Assembly: GCA_002269645.1 (NCBI GenBank) | Contig: NIVC01000894.1 | Span: forward strand, 248,001 to 312,000 | Reading direction: 5' to 3' | Length of the DNA: 64,000 bases | Source: Macrostomum lignano | Taxonomy: Eukaryota | In this document: positions 37,901 through 50,912 of the stretch, piece after piece | Layout of the letters: each line of letters opens with the position of its first letter | Numbering within the stretch: the stretch's first letter is position 1 | Made by a program: the position numbers and the translations under genes | Notes under the pieces: model-generated | The model's database searches: none | Told to the model about the DNA's origin: nothing | The model's input: the letters and a program-made list of their open reading frames with translations, nothing else

Positions 37901-40900
37901 GAAGGAATACAGACACTGGATCGATGGATACAGGCACTGCATAAATGGATGCAGGCACTGGATGAAGGGATGCAGGCACTGGATGAAGGGATGTGAGATG
38001 CTGGATAAAGGGATACAGGCACTGCATAAATGGATGCAGGCACTGGATGAAGGGACACTGAGTGAAGAACTCAATAAACGAAATTGAATACCTTGGCATT
38101 CCGAACTCGGAGATTCTCCAAGTCCCTCTGCAGTGCCTGCCTCTGCCGCACCGCCGAGTCCTTCTCCTCGACCGAGCCCTCGTACACGGCCTCCAAGATG
38201 GAGAACATCTGGCCGGCGATATGCCGGCCCTGCTCGGCGTGTGCGGCGAATTTGGTTCGAATGGCCGAGTCGGACAGGATAAGCTCGAACTCGCGTTCGA
38301 AATTTTTGAAATCGAAATAGCGAGATTGCCAACCGTCCGCGAGGGAGCCAGCTGAAGGGTGAGTGGTACAGTAATTAGTAATGAGCCTCGATTATGAGTG
38401 GCATGAGTAGTATGAGCACTGATTATGAGTAGTATGAGCACTGATTATGAGTAGTATGAGCATATAAGCACTGATTGAGTAGCATGACCACTGATTATGA
38501 GTAGTATGAGCATAATTTTGAGTAGGCTGAGCACTAATTTTGAGTGGCATGAGTATTATGAGCACATTATAAAAGAGGCACTATCACCATCAACATGTAT
38601 AGGCATCAGTAAATTTTACCTGGTGAAGGAGACTCCAATCCCTGATTAGTCTCCTTAAGCCTATTCACGAGGGCCTCCTTGGCCGATACAAAGTAAACTC
38701 GAGATTCGGCTTCAGATCTGAGGAACAATTAGTGGTGAATCATTAAGAAATTAGCTATTTATTCTACTACACTACTAAGTCAGTAGGCAATTCGAATATT
38801 AAAACAATATAAAAAGCTAGTCACCTGGTGCAGGACTTCAGCTCGTCAGCCAGAAAGCTCACACTCTTATCCATGTGCTGCTTGCGTACCAGCTCGGCTG
38901 AGTCCAGCTCACCATCTGAGCAATCCCACCGATTGTTGAGCACGAATACATTCGGCTTGCTCAGCTTGCTGCCAACTTTGTGAAAGAACTTCTTCTCAGT
39001 GTTCATCAGGGTGGACTCGGAGTTGCACACCAGGATGAACACGTCGGCATCCATGCAGAACTGGTCGATCCACGTGTCCAGGTCGGGAGAGACGTCAACT
39101 CCGGGCGAGTCGAGCAGTACGACATCTTCTCTGAGCAGGCTGCAGAGCTGCTTGGGCCAGAAGACTCGAACCAAGGACTCGCAGTCCAGTTTCTCGTTCG
39201 ACAACGCGCTGCCCAGCTGGCTGACCGACTCGATGGGCCGCTCCTCCGAGCTGTTCGGAGTCTGTAGGTAGGCCGACTCCTTGCTGGTGCCCTCCACCTG
39301 GGACAGGGTTGTTGAATTAGCGGGTGAGATGGAATCTGAGAGATGGAATCAGACAGAATTTGGGGAGATGGGATCAGACAGAATTTGGGGAGAATGGATC
39401 AGACAGAATTTGGGGAGATGGGATCAGACAAAATTTGAGGAGATGGGATCAGACGGAATTGGGGAGATGGGATCAGACAAAATTTGAGGAGATGGGATCA
39501 GACAGAATTTGGGAGATGGGATCAGACAAAATTTGAGGAGATGGGATCAGACAGAATTTGGGGAGATGGGATCAGACAGAATTTGGGGAGATGGGATCAG
39601 ACAAAATTTGGGGAGATGGGATCAGACAGAATTTGGGGAGATGGGATCAGACAGAATTTGGGGAGATGGGATCAGACAGAATTTGGGGAGATGGGATCAG
39701 ACAGAATTTGGGGAGATGGGATCAGACAGAATTTGGGGAGATGGGATCAGACAGAATTTGGGGAGATGGGATCAGACAGAATTTGGGGAGAATGGATCAG
39801 ACAGAATTTGGGGAGATGGGATCAGACAGAATTTGAGGAGATGGGATCAGACAGAATTTGGGGAGAATGGATCAGACAGAATTTGGGGAGATGGGATCAG
39901 ACAGAATTTGAGGAGATGGGATCAGACAGAATTTGGGGAGAATGGATCAGACAGAATTTGAGGAGATGGGATCAGACAAAATTTGAGGAGATGGGATCAG
40001 ACGGAATTGGGGAGATGGGATCAGACAAAATTTGAGGAGATGGGATCAGACAGAATTTGGGGAGATGGGATCAGACAGAATTTGGGAGATGGGATCAGAC
40101 AAAATTTGAGGAGATGGGATCAGACAGAATTTGGGGAGATGGGATCAGACAGAATTTGGGGAGATGGGATCAGACAAAATTTGGGGAGATGGGATCAGAC
40201 AGAATTTGGGGAGATGGGATCAGACAGAATTTGGGGAGATGGGATCAGACAGAATTTGGGGAGATGGGATCAGACAGAATTTGGGGAGATGGGATCAGAC
40301 AGAATTTGAGGAGATGGGATCAGACAGAATTTGGGGAGAATGGATCAGACAGAATTTGGGGAGATGGGATCAGACAGAATTTGAGGAGATGGGATCAGAC
40401 AGAATTTGGGGAGAATGGATCAGACAGAATTTGAGGAGATGGGATCAGACAAAATTTGAGGAGATGGGATCAGACGGAATTGGGGAGATGGGATCAGACA
40501 AAATTTGAGGAGATGGGATCAGACAGAATTTGGGGAGATGGGATCAGACAGAATTTGGGGAGATGGGATCAGACAAAATTTGAGGAGATGGGATCAGACA
40601 GAATTTGGGGAGATGGGATCAGACAGAATTTGGGGAGATGGGATCAGACAGAATTTGAGGAGATGGGATCAGACGGAATTGGGGAGATGGGATCAGACAA
40701 AATTTGGGGAGATGGGATCAGACAGAATTTGAGGAGATGGGATCAGACAGAATTTGGGGAGAATGGATCAGACAGAATTTGGGGAGATGGGATCAGACAA
40801 AATTTGAGGAGATGGGATCAGACGGAATTGGGGAGATGGGATCAGACAAAATTTGAGGAGATGGGATCAGACAGAATTTGGGAAGATGGGATCAGACAGA

Positions 40901-41924
40901 ATTTGGGGAGATGGGATCAGACAGAATTTGGGGAGATGGGATCAGACAGAATTTGGGGAGATGGGATCAGACAGAATTTGGGGAGATGGGATCAGACAGA
41001 ATTTGGGGAGATGGGATCAGACTGAATTTGCGGAGAATGGATCAGAAGAAATTGGGGAGATGGGGTCAGACGGAATTGCGGAGATGGGATCAGACTGAAC
41101 TGGGGAGATGGGATCAGACGGAATTGCGGAGATGGGATCAGACTGAACTGGGGAGATGGGATCAGACGGAATTGCGGAGATGGGATCAGACTGAACTGGG
41201 GAGATGGGATCAGACGGAATTGCGGAGATGGGATGAGACAGATAGGGGAGATGGGATCAGACTGAACTGGGGAGATGGGATCAGACGGAATTGCGGAGAT
41301 GGGATGAGACAGATAGGGGAGATGGGATCAGACTGAACTGTGGAGATGGGATCAGATGGAATTGAGGAGGTGGGATTGAAGAGACAGTAACGGGATGAGA
41401 CCAAAGCGCACCAATATGCTCACCTGCAGGAAACAGTTAGTAGTGTGACCGATCCCAGATGGCAGCACCTTCCTGCCCAGCATAGCATTAATCACGGTGC
41501 TCTTCCCGTTGGACGTGCGCCCAAAGAAGGCGCACTTCATCTGGTTGCGCGAGATCACCTCCCGGATGCCTCTGACTTTGGCCCGAAAATCTGTCACCGA
41601 CTGCACAGCGGCGGGCGTGAGGATCCGAGAGAAGCAGGCCTCCTCGACCTTCACCGAGGCTGCATCGCCGATTGCTCCCGGCGTGTTAGCTGAGCAATCT
41701 GAGTTGAAGAACTCCAGACACTCGTCAATGTAAGCTGAGATCTGCGCGTACACCTGGTTGATCTCCTCCCTCACCTGGCGAAACTGCTTCAACGAAGCGT
41801 GCTGAGTCGATTTGCGTCGAAATGCCGCCACCTCGGCGGAGGCGCCAGCGCGCGGATCGCTGCCTGGCGCAGTGGCGCCGCCGCCTGCAAACGACATTTG
41901 CTGGCGCAACGGCGTGCCAGACAT
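34917..41924 (-). CDS. MFN: Mitofusin (Marf/Fzo1 family dynamin-like GTPase), about 812 aa, 6 exons
   Basis: Exons 41924-41424, 39297-38825, 38717-38620, 38351-38092, 37022-36576, 35576-34917, all phase-compatible. Motifs [56 protein letters not shown]. Confidence 0.95.
37050..38058. repeat. ~21-bp minisatellite (GGCACTGGATGAAGGGATGCA variants) filling mitofusin intron 4
   Basis: Visible; explains the long repetitive ORFs. Confidence 0.95.
38385..38560. repeat. Degenerate ~22-bp repeat (ATGAGTAGTATGAGCACTGATT) in mitofusin intron 3
   Basis: Visible. Confidence 0.8.
39330..41390. repeat. 24-25 bp minisatellite (GGGAGATGGGATCAGACAGAATTTG) filling mitofusin intron 1
   Basis: About 2 kb of a 2.1-kb intron. 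Confidence 0.95.
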
Positions 41925-42124
41925 TGCCTGGAAGTAGCAGCATTGTAGCTTGACTGGATTTACATTTTTTAAATATGAAGATATATATGCACAAGTACTA
42001 CTTAATAGTAGGTTAGAAGTATGAAGTTGAAATAATTTGCTTTGTAGAAATAATAAAAAACAATAATTGATTACACCTGCCCCGATTGGGAAAGATGGGC
42101 AACCGACAGCTCAGCCGCAGCTAT

Positions 42125-42270
42125 TGCGCGGTGCATATGAAGGCTTCATATGGCTGTTCAGTCCAAGGACTGGGGGGTCGCTGCACACCCTCAATTACCC
42201 CAGCTAATGCTGGCACCCATTTTACAGCTGGGTGAACTGAAGCAATGCAGAGTTAAGCTCAAGGACACAA
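42125..42270 (-). mobile_element. SINE fragment with a CORE-like domain
   Basis: Minus strand TTGTGTCCTTGAGC..TTAACTCTGCATTGCTTCAGTTCACCCAGCTGTAAAATGGG resembles the CORE consensus TGTGACCTTGGGCAAG..TTAACCTCTCTGTGCCTCAGTTTCCTCATCTGTAAAATGGG. Confidence 0.6.
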
Positions 42271-42289
42271 GTTTTTCCAGTTAGACTAA

Positions 42290-42355
42290 GTTCTAGCCTA
42301 GTGGTTAGAGCATTAGACTCACAACTTGAAGGTCAAGGGTTCGATTTTAGATTCT
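42290..42355 (+). mobile_element. tRNA-like fragment (SINE head or tRNA pseudogene)
   Basis: TAGCCTAGTGGTTAGAGC (A box) and GGGTTCGATT (B box); no intact acceptor stem. Confidence 0.5.
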
Positions 42356-44459
42356 AGAAGATCTACAAAAGACAACAAAAACACAAGATGCTGTACAAAA
42401 AGGTGAAAGAAAAGCAAAAAGGAACAAAAAGCTACAAATGGACAGCTAGGGCCTAAACAAACATTAAACAAGCAGTTTTGTTAAAAGTTGCATAACCGGT
42501 ATAATGTAAGTTGGAAAAGTTGGAAAAGGCCCAGGTAAAAAGATATTTTACAGTACACAGCAAAGCCCTAACCTAAAAACACTAAAACTACCAAAGAAAT
42601 TTGCAATAAATTATTTGAAAGAACAAAGATAAGAGTATGCAATACGATACTTACAGCATTTTTTCTACGGCCATAAGTCCATATTCAAGAATATAGCATT
42701 TACCATGAAAATGTTGGTATATATACAAATAATCTTTGATGCACTTAATGTGCAAAATTTATTGCAAATTTGTTATAAACATCAAATTATTCATTAACCT
42801 AACTTGCATTTTCAGATGTTTAACTTCTATGTTTTATAGGTCTTAAAATCATAGGTTAGGACAGTGTTGGGCACTTCCATTACTGAGTAACTCGTGAGGA
42901 AGGCCCCTCTCGTTTCATGTAAAAAATTCAATTGCTAATATGCAGTATACATACGCTAAAACTAAGAATGACATTTTTTTTATTATTCATGTTTTCCAAA
43001 ATAATTTCACAATTTATTTTTTGTAAAAACTAGACCTAAAAATTGGTATAAATAGAAGCAAATTTCGCTAAGAGAAGAGCAACCTGTTTGGTCTTGTTTC
43101 ACGATTTGCTCTCGCAGTTTAAACAGTAATATAGTTAAGAAGTGTTTCAAGTAAATATTGAAAGGTGTTTTCCAAGTTTTTCATTTGTTGAAATAAGAGT
43201 GAAGTAGACAGAAATGTGTACCATACAGACTACTGAGAAGGAAAGTATTGAGTAGTAAGAGAATACGAAATAGATCTGAAGTGATACGTATAAGAATAAC
43301 TGGAGGCTGTGACCCTTTGATCTTGGTAACACCCAAGGACTTGCAAAGTACATGAAATACATATACCAGTAAGCCAAAATACCGTTCAAGCCAAATTATT
43401 AAATAGAACGCTACTAGAATAACAGAATGCTACCAAAATAACAGAGGAGTAAAATCTTTCAGGGGTAATAGTTTTCTAAGAATAATACTCAGACTAAATA
43501 CTCAGAATAGTACTCAGACTAAATACTCAGACCTATTCTAAGAAATATTCTCAGACTTATTCTAAGATTAATAAACTCATAATTTATTAATAGAATAGTC
43601 TTGGTGGCAGCTACCAACATTTATAAAAATAGGAGTTTAGCCCTTTGACAACTTTAGTGACAGCTATGGAATCATTTGAAGAGACAGAAAAAACAGCCCT
43701 TTGACACTTGCAAATGGTAACGCAAGTTACTTTTTTGTTAAGCGTTCCTTGCGCAAGTTACTTTCCTATTTTGGTAACGGAGTAACAATAAGTTATTCAA
43801 ATTTTGGAAGTCCATTAGTTACTTTGCAACAATTGCAATATTTAAATTTAAAACTGATATGCTTAGCTATTATGCCGGTTATCACATTTTTAGCATTTGT
43901 CATTCCTAAATTCAAAATGAAGTGAATAGTATTGTATGGTATTGCACTGTAACTAATGAAGAAATACTTGAAACATGTTTTTACTTTTTTAACTTTGGTA
44001 AACTATTTTTGCTTTGATCATTTTCAAACAAATCAAAAAACCAAAGAAAGAAATTTATCTGTAGCCTCCACAAGTCCACTGGTACTGCACTGCACATAAT
44101 GTTATTATTGTTATTAAAAAATTAAAAATGCGTTTTGCCATAAAGTTTCTGACCTACAGCTTTTTTTTCTTTTTACAGAAATAGCCAAAAGTGGTTAAAA
44201 TTCAATACAGTTACTAAAATAAACTGTTGTATTTATTCTCTTTGCTTTTGCAATCATTTGTGCTGTTCCTGCACATCTCAAAGTGAAAAAGTAGAAAATT
44301 TTGTTTATAATAAGACTAGCAATCTTCGCCCCCCGATGGGGGACATCTGGATAGAATCTCTGTTTTCTACAAGTAACAAAAAGACAGCCAAAAATCCTTC
44401 AAAAAGACAACAGACAAACTGCTCAAATGAAGTGCATTGCAAAAAGAAATCATCCCAAG

Positions 44460-44840
44460 ACTGCAAGCATCCCCCAGATAGCAAGCATCCCTAAGATAGC
44501 AAGCATCCCCCAGATAGCAAGCATCCCCAAGATAGCAAGCATCCCCCAGATAGCAAGCATCTCCAAGATAGCAAGCATCCCCCAGATAGCAAGCATCCCC
44601 CAGATAGCAAGCATCCCCCAGATAGCAAGCATCCCCCAGATTGCAAGCATCCCCCAGATAGCAAGCATCCCCCAGATAGCAAGCATCCCCCAGATAGCAA
44701 GCATCCCCCAGATAGCAAGCATCCCCAAGATAGCAAGCATCCCCCAGATAGCAAGCATCCCCCAGATAGCAAGCATCCCCAAGATAGCAAGCATCCCCCA
44801 GATAGCAAGCATCCCCAAGATAGATAGCATCCCCAAAAAG
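44460..44840. repeat. 18-bp minisatellite (GATAGCAAGCATCCCCCA), about 21 units
   Basis: Visible. Confidence 0.95.
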
Positions 44841-44944
44841 CAAGGATCCACCAGACAATAAGTAGCTAGTGCGACAATTTCCTTAGCATTACAGCGGCTC
44901 CTTTAAAATTCGCTTACTTTTACGTTTGAAATTGTGTATCTTTT

Positions 44945-46680
44945 ATGTTTAACAGGGTGGCTCTTTTTTATGTTTAACAGGGTGGCTCTTTTATGTTATA
45001 CATTGTGGCTCTTTTTTGTTTTACGCTCGTAAATGGTAACTCTTTTATGTTTGATACGGTGGCTTTTCAATGTCTGACATGATGGCTCTTCTATGTTTGA
45101 CATGGGAGCTCTTTTATGTTTGACAAAGTGGCTTTTTAATGTTTGACATGGTGGCTCTATTATGTTTGACATGGTGGCTCTTTAATGTTCGAAATGGTGG
45201 CTCTTTAATGTTCAAAAAGGTGGCTCTTTTATGTTTGACATGGTGGCTCTTTAATGTTTGACATGGTGGCTCTTTAATGTTTGACATGGTGGCTCTTTAA
45301 TTTTAGACAAAGTAGCTCTTTAATGTTTGACATGATGGCTCTTTAATGTTTGACATGATGGCTCTTTAATGTAAGACATGGTGGCTCTTTAATTTTTGAC
45401 ATGGTGGCTCTTTTATGTTTGAAATGGTGGCTCTTTAATGTTTGACATGGTAGCTCTTTTATGTTTGACATGGTGGCTCTTTAATGTTCGACATGGTGGC
45501 TCTTTTATGTTTGACATGGAGTCATGTATATGTTTGACATGGTGGCTCTTGTATTTTTAACATGTTGGCTCTTTAATGTTAGACATGGTGGCTCTTTAAT
45601 GCCTAGCATGGAGTCACGTATATGTTTGACATGGAGTCATGTATATGTCTGATATGGTAGCTCTTTAATGTTTTACATGGAGTCACGTATATGTTTCACA
45701 TGGTGGCTATTTTATGTTTGACATGGTGGTTCTTAAATGTTCGACATGGTGGCTCTTTAATGTTTTACATGGTGGCTCTTTAATATTTGACATGGTGGCC
45801 CTTTTATGTTCGACATGGTGGCTCTTTAATGTTTTACATGGTGGCTCTTTAATATTTGACATGGTGGCCCTTTTATGTTCGACATGGTGGCTCTTCAATG
45901 TTTGACATGGATTCATGTATATGTTTGACCTGGTGGGTCTTTAATGTTTGACATGGTGGCTCTTTAATGTTTGAAATGGTGGCTCTTTAATTTTCGAAAT
46001 GGTGGCTGTTTTATGTTTGACATGGTGGCTCTTCAATGTTCGACATGGTGGCTCTTTAATGTTCTTAATGGTGTCTATTTTATGTTTGACATGGTGGCTC
46101 TTTAATGTTCGAAATGGTGGCTCTTTAATGTTTGACATGGTGGCTCTTTAATTTTCGAAATGTTGGCTGCTTTATGTTTGACATGGTGGCTCTTTAATGT
46201 TCGACATGGTGGCTCTTTAATGTTCAACATGGTGGCTCTTTAATGTTTGACATGGTAACTCTTTTATGTTTGATATGGTGTCTGTTTTATGTTTGACATG
46301 GTGGCTCTTTAATGTTCGACATGGTGGCTCTTTAATGTTTGACATGGTAACTCTTTTATGTTTGATATGGTGGCTCTTTTATGTTCGACATGGTGGCTCT
46401 TTAATGTTCGACATGGTGGCTCTTTAATGTTTGACATGGTAACTCTTTTATGTTTGATATGGTGGCTCTTTAATGTTCGACATGGTGGATATTTAATGTT
46501 CGACATGGTGGCTCTTTTAGGTTTGAAATGGTGGCTCTTTAATGTTTGACATGGTGGCTTTTTAATGTTCGACATGGTGGCTCTTTAATGTTCTTAATGG
46601 TAAATCTTTTATGTTCGAAATGGTGGCTCTTTTATGTTTGACATGGTGGCTTTTGTATGTTTGACATTGCACTTCTTTTA
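44945..46680. repeat. Degenerate 23-bp minisatellite (ATGTTTGACATGGTGGCTCTTTA), about 75 units
   Basis: Visible; a two-unit relative is at ~11638-11690. Confidence 0.93.
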
Positions 46681-47149
46681 TGTTTAGCAGTTTTTTGTTT
46701 TTAAGATGTTTTAATAAAAAAATCTTTTTGCGCTACCAAGATTTGAACCCATGTCGCTACATTAGCAGTCCAGTCTGTTTGCATCTAGGCTATCTTTTTT
46801 CAATTGGATCACATGAATTGTGGCCCTTATAATTCAATACTTATAGCAAGTCGGTTAGAGTAAAAATTTATGACATAATCAATTTCTCAGTCAGCCAGTA
46901 TCAGTCTTAATTTAAGTTAGCAATATGGTTACGCAATTTTAATCAAGTCTTGTGTGCGTTTCTGTGGCACTGTTTTCACCTTGTTGTGATGCAATCTTTA
47001 TCAGAACTGAAATTCAGCCAGTCAGTTTTTTCTCTAGCATTCTTACAATGCATTTCAGGTCAAAAGAGCTGCTTGACCTTTGCAAAAAAGCATGTTTTTC
47101 GAATATTTAATCCCTTTAACATTGAGCAATTTCTTAGCCAAGATGCATG

Positions 47150-47272
47150 TACCGTCCCAGGAAAATTTCTGATCGAATGGTGCAAGTTTGAAGAAAATCG
47201 GTTGAGCCAATTTTTCTGAAATCTATTGCATACCCACATACCCACAGACAACTCATTTTTAGTATATAGGAA
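47150..47272 (+). mobile_element. 3' end of a Helitron-like non-autonomous element
   Basis: AAGTTTGAAGAAAATCGGTTGAGCC..CATACCCACA..GACAACTCATTTTTAGTATATAGGA; the same terminus recurs at ~53516-53543. Confidence 0.45.
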
Positions 47273-47507
47273 GTAACTTAAAAGTTACCGAGTTTTTATA
47301 TAAAGTTACTAGGCTAACGAAGTTACTTTTTAAAAAGTTGTAACTTAAGTTATAGTAATGCAACTTAATTTTTTGAGTAACTTGCCCAACACTAGGTTAG
47401 GACATAGAAGCAATGCATAGAAATAATATAAAGATGTTATATAGCTTGTCTGCCAAAAATATTTTAGGGTTTCAATGCTATATCTAAATATACTAATCTT
47501 TTTTGTC

Positions 47508-48251
47508 TAGTGATGGATCAAAATTCAATTTTGATTTTGATATTCCGAATTTCAAAACTAATTTTGCATCGAAATAATTTCAATTTTGATTTAGTGACAG
47601 CTAAATCACGACACCATTCATTGAAAATCATTTCGAAATTTTGGTTATATTTTAACAATTTAGACATTGATGATCATGCTACACGAGAAAGAAAATCTAT
47701 AGGAAGTGAAAGAAAATGTAGTTCAAAGACTCAGTGGGGAGGTGAGAATTGCCTTTTCTACAAGAAAGATTGTGCATGGCACACAACTGTTCCAGGCCTT
47801 GTGCTGCACCCACCTCAACCTCCACAAGCCCACTGGCTGAACTCATTTGTGTGGATTTTAATTAGCTAAAGACTTAAAGCCTTAATGATAGGGACATAGG
47901 CTACTCATATCTAATCTAGATCTTCAGCTTGAACAGCAATGAAGTATAATACAACTTCTACTATATTTCTATGTACGAGTGTATAATACATAATACACCA
48001 GCATTTTCTATTTTGTATTTTTAAAGTAAGTTAAATCTTTAGTGTTCTGATTTAAACATATCAAAGATACTTTTTATAAAACATGTAAGCTCATACATGC
48101 AGAGGCAAGGTGTTAACCTTTCTGCATGATTAGTGAAAAAGTAAAAATTTGTTAAGCTCAAAAATTTCAATTTCGATTTTGATTTCAATTCTAAGGAACC
48201 AAAAATTTCAATTTTGATTTTGATTTGAAAAATAATTTTGATCCATCACTA
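47508..48251. mobile_element. hAT-type MITE
   Basis: TIRs TAGTGATGGATCAAAATT and AATTTTGATCCATCACTA; 8-bp TSD TTTTTGTC/CTTTTGTC. Confidence 0.8.
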
Positions 48252-49849
48252 CTTTTGTCTAAAGATAAGATAAAACAATTTTTTGAGCCAAATTTGATTA
48301 AATTTGAATCAAATGAAACATTCAAATATTGAATAATGACAAATACAAATATGCCTACCTTACTACTTATTAGCCACTCACCAGTAGAGCTAATTAAAAT
48401 GGCTAAATGAATTTATTTTAGATAAATTGCTATTACTCATTGTTCATTGCTAGAAACATATCATAGTATTAAATATTAAGTCCTATACTCCTATTTCCTT
48501 TAGTAGCCCTTGAATAATAGGCTTATATGTTTAATTATTTCCAATGGAATGTGCCCAGACCAAATGCCAACCTTACCCCTCTAAGTTTATAAAAATCAAT
48601 AGGCCTACCCTAGAATCAATATTCCATAATTACATTTCTTACTATTTCACTTTTTTTAAAGCCATAAATTTGAGCATAACATGCTTGCGATTGCTTTAAA
48701 CATCCCTTTTTTGCCAAGATATGCCATGTATTGTCCTATCTTTAATTTTTTCCCTCAGTTATAAACCACAAACCTACAATACCTTCTTTCCTTTTTTCTA
48801 AAGCTTTCTCAAATCTTAACACAATAGATAGGCTTAATTGCTATGCTTCTAATCTTTCTATTTCTTTAGAAAACAATTATATCTAATTCCCTGGTATAAA
48901 TTATGAGTCATAACACTTGGACCAATATTCAAATCAAATCATGACTTATTCTAAATCTTTGCCTTATATATATCAAAGTGATTGTTCACTATTTAGATTG
49001 TTAGGTCAAATTTCAAATTTTAATAGGGTCTATTAACTAAATATTTGGTTGATTTGATTCAACTTTAAATATTTCAAATATTTATTGATCTCTATTCTTG
49101 ACTAATCCAGGCTAGGCCTATTGGCCATAGAAAAATAGTAATTAAAAATAGTAATTACTTATAGTTATCATAATTATTATTAAAAGGTCCATTTAAAACC
49201 AATAAATTTAATTTGTATTTTGATATTCATTTTTTCTATCAAAGGTCCTAAGCTTTAGTATAAAAATCATTGCACTCCTTTTGCAATTGCAACTATTGCT
49301 ACCTAAATATGCACTGAAAAAAAACAAAAATAAATTCTAATATACTAAACTGATATTTAAAAATATGTTAAAAATATAGAAGATTCGTCACCCTATTTGC
49401 CTAGTCTATTTCTATTGCCACATTTGCTTTTGTCCAATTACTAAATGAGGGAAATCTTTTCCCATCTCCAAAGTTGGGGATCTGTAATGTGAAACTCATC
49501 AGTCTTTCCAATTTCCATTTAATCAGTTATGATATTCATCGTTCAACTGAAAAGAATCTATAATTTCCAAATTAAACGTGCGAATTCGAAAGTAAAATAT
49601 TGCCGTGAATTTGTCTATTAAATTTCTGTCGCCGAAGTTGTCTGTTGCCGAATTTGCAACCCTTAAGGCATATCTAGCAGGTTTATCGTAAAATTGACAT
49701 CAAAGTTTAAAATAATAGTGTCTTTGGCTAAAGGCTACATTTTTAGGAATTTTTTGAAGACCCCATTTTCTCATTTACTAGCTGCTAACTTACACTAACT
49801 ACCTTGAACTCCTCATTGCCCTAGAGTCTGATCGAAATGTCATCCTTAC

Positions 49850-50912
49850 ATAGTAGTAGTAGTAAGAGAATTTGGCTCAGGCAATTAGCCTGTTTGGCCA
49901 ATATATTATAGAGCTATGTATTTGGAAAAGTTTTCGAAATAGAAGTTTATAAAGACGATTTGCCGCGAGTCAGTAGTTAAGGGTTGTTAAGAATTTTTTG
50001 TTTCTAAATGTACATGGAAAGTAATCTGAAAGGTCGGGCCTGCAGATTTTTTTGTAGAGATAGGCGTTTTTGTAGAGTTTAATAATGTTGCTGATTCTCT
50101 AGCTTTTGGCTAAGTTCTCTTTCTCTGTGTATCTTGAGGTGCTTTTTCACTAGGTATTTCTCGTTATTAAAGCTTTGGGAAAGTTTATCTTCAGTTAGTG
50201 CTTTTAGGTCTATACTATCTAGTTTCTTTAGTACATTCATTTTCCATGGATTTTTTTGGCCGGTGCTTGAGTAGAAAATTTCTAGAGTCGTTTGGCAGAG
50301 TTTTTTGTGTCTAATCTTCAGCCAGTAGATGAGGTAGGTTTTAGCGATTCGTTGAGAGATTGGAGTAAGCTCAAGTTCTGTTCTGATGATATCACACTGT
50401 TGCTAGCAAATTTTGGTAGATTGAGGAGATATTTGTAGAATTTCAGCTGAATATTATCAATAGCTTTTGTATCAGACATGGTAGCCAGAGGGCCCCAGAG
50501 CTCACAACCGTAAGTGATAACGGGGGTAACAAGCGCGTCAAATAGTCTGCGAATGAGTGTGATGTCTAGGGACGTATTCTTTACCCTATGGAGTAGGGAA
50601 AACATGGCTGTATATCCCTGCTTAGTTTGGTGTTCAATACATTTTTAAAGCTGTTTTTTGGTTCAAAAATAATTCCCAGGTATTTAAATTCATTTACTTC
50701 TTCTATTTCTTGGTTGTCGTAGTATATTTTTGTAGCAATGCTTTCTGTGTCGTTTTTTTGTCTGGTATTGCCCTGCATAAACTTTGTTTTGCTTGCGTTT
50801 ACTTTCAAGTAATTTTGTTTGCAGTAATTTTCCATAGTCGTAAATGTGTCTTCAAGTTCGTCTTTGTTTTTAGCTAGAATGGCTTGATCGTCTGCAAAGA
50901 GTAGGATGAGTG
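49850..50912 (-). mobile_element. 5'-truncated CR1/L2-group LINE (RT C-terminal part)
   Basis: ILLFADD, LKVNASKTK, FKYLGI, LFDALVTPVITYGCELWG, IDNIQLKFYK, with frameshifts; short (CTA)n tail at ~49852. Confidence 0.85.

Larger units (their letters stand above)
42862..47394. mobile_element. 4.5-kb non-autonomous hAT-type element with nested repeats
   Basis: TIRs CAGTGTTGGGCA and TGCCCAACACTA; perfect 8-bp TSD GGTTAGGA (42854-42861, 47395-47402); GTAAC/GTTAC subterminal motifs. Confidence 0.85.

Noticed and set aside
36564-38441. 625-aa and overlapping long ORFs
   Set aside because: They are read-through of the 21-bp intronic minisatellite; only the part 36576-37022 is a real mitofusin exon.
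39281-41404. Many [12 protein letters not shown]-type repetitive ORFs
   Set aside because: Translations of the intron-1 minisatellite in all frames.
44367-46575. LGDACY, IASIPQ and KSHHVEH repeat ORFs
   Set aside because: Translations of the 18-bp and 23-bp minisatellites.
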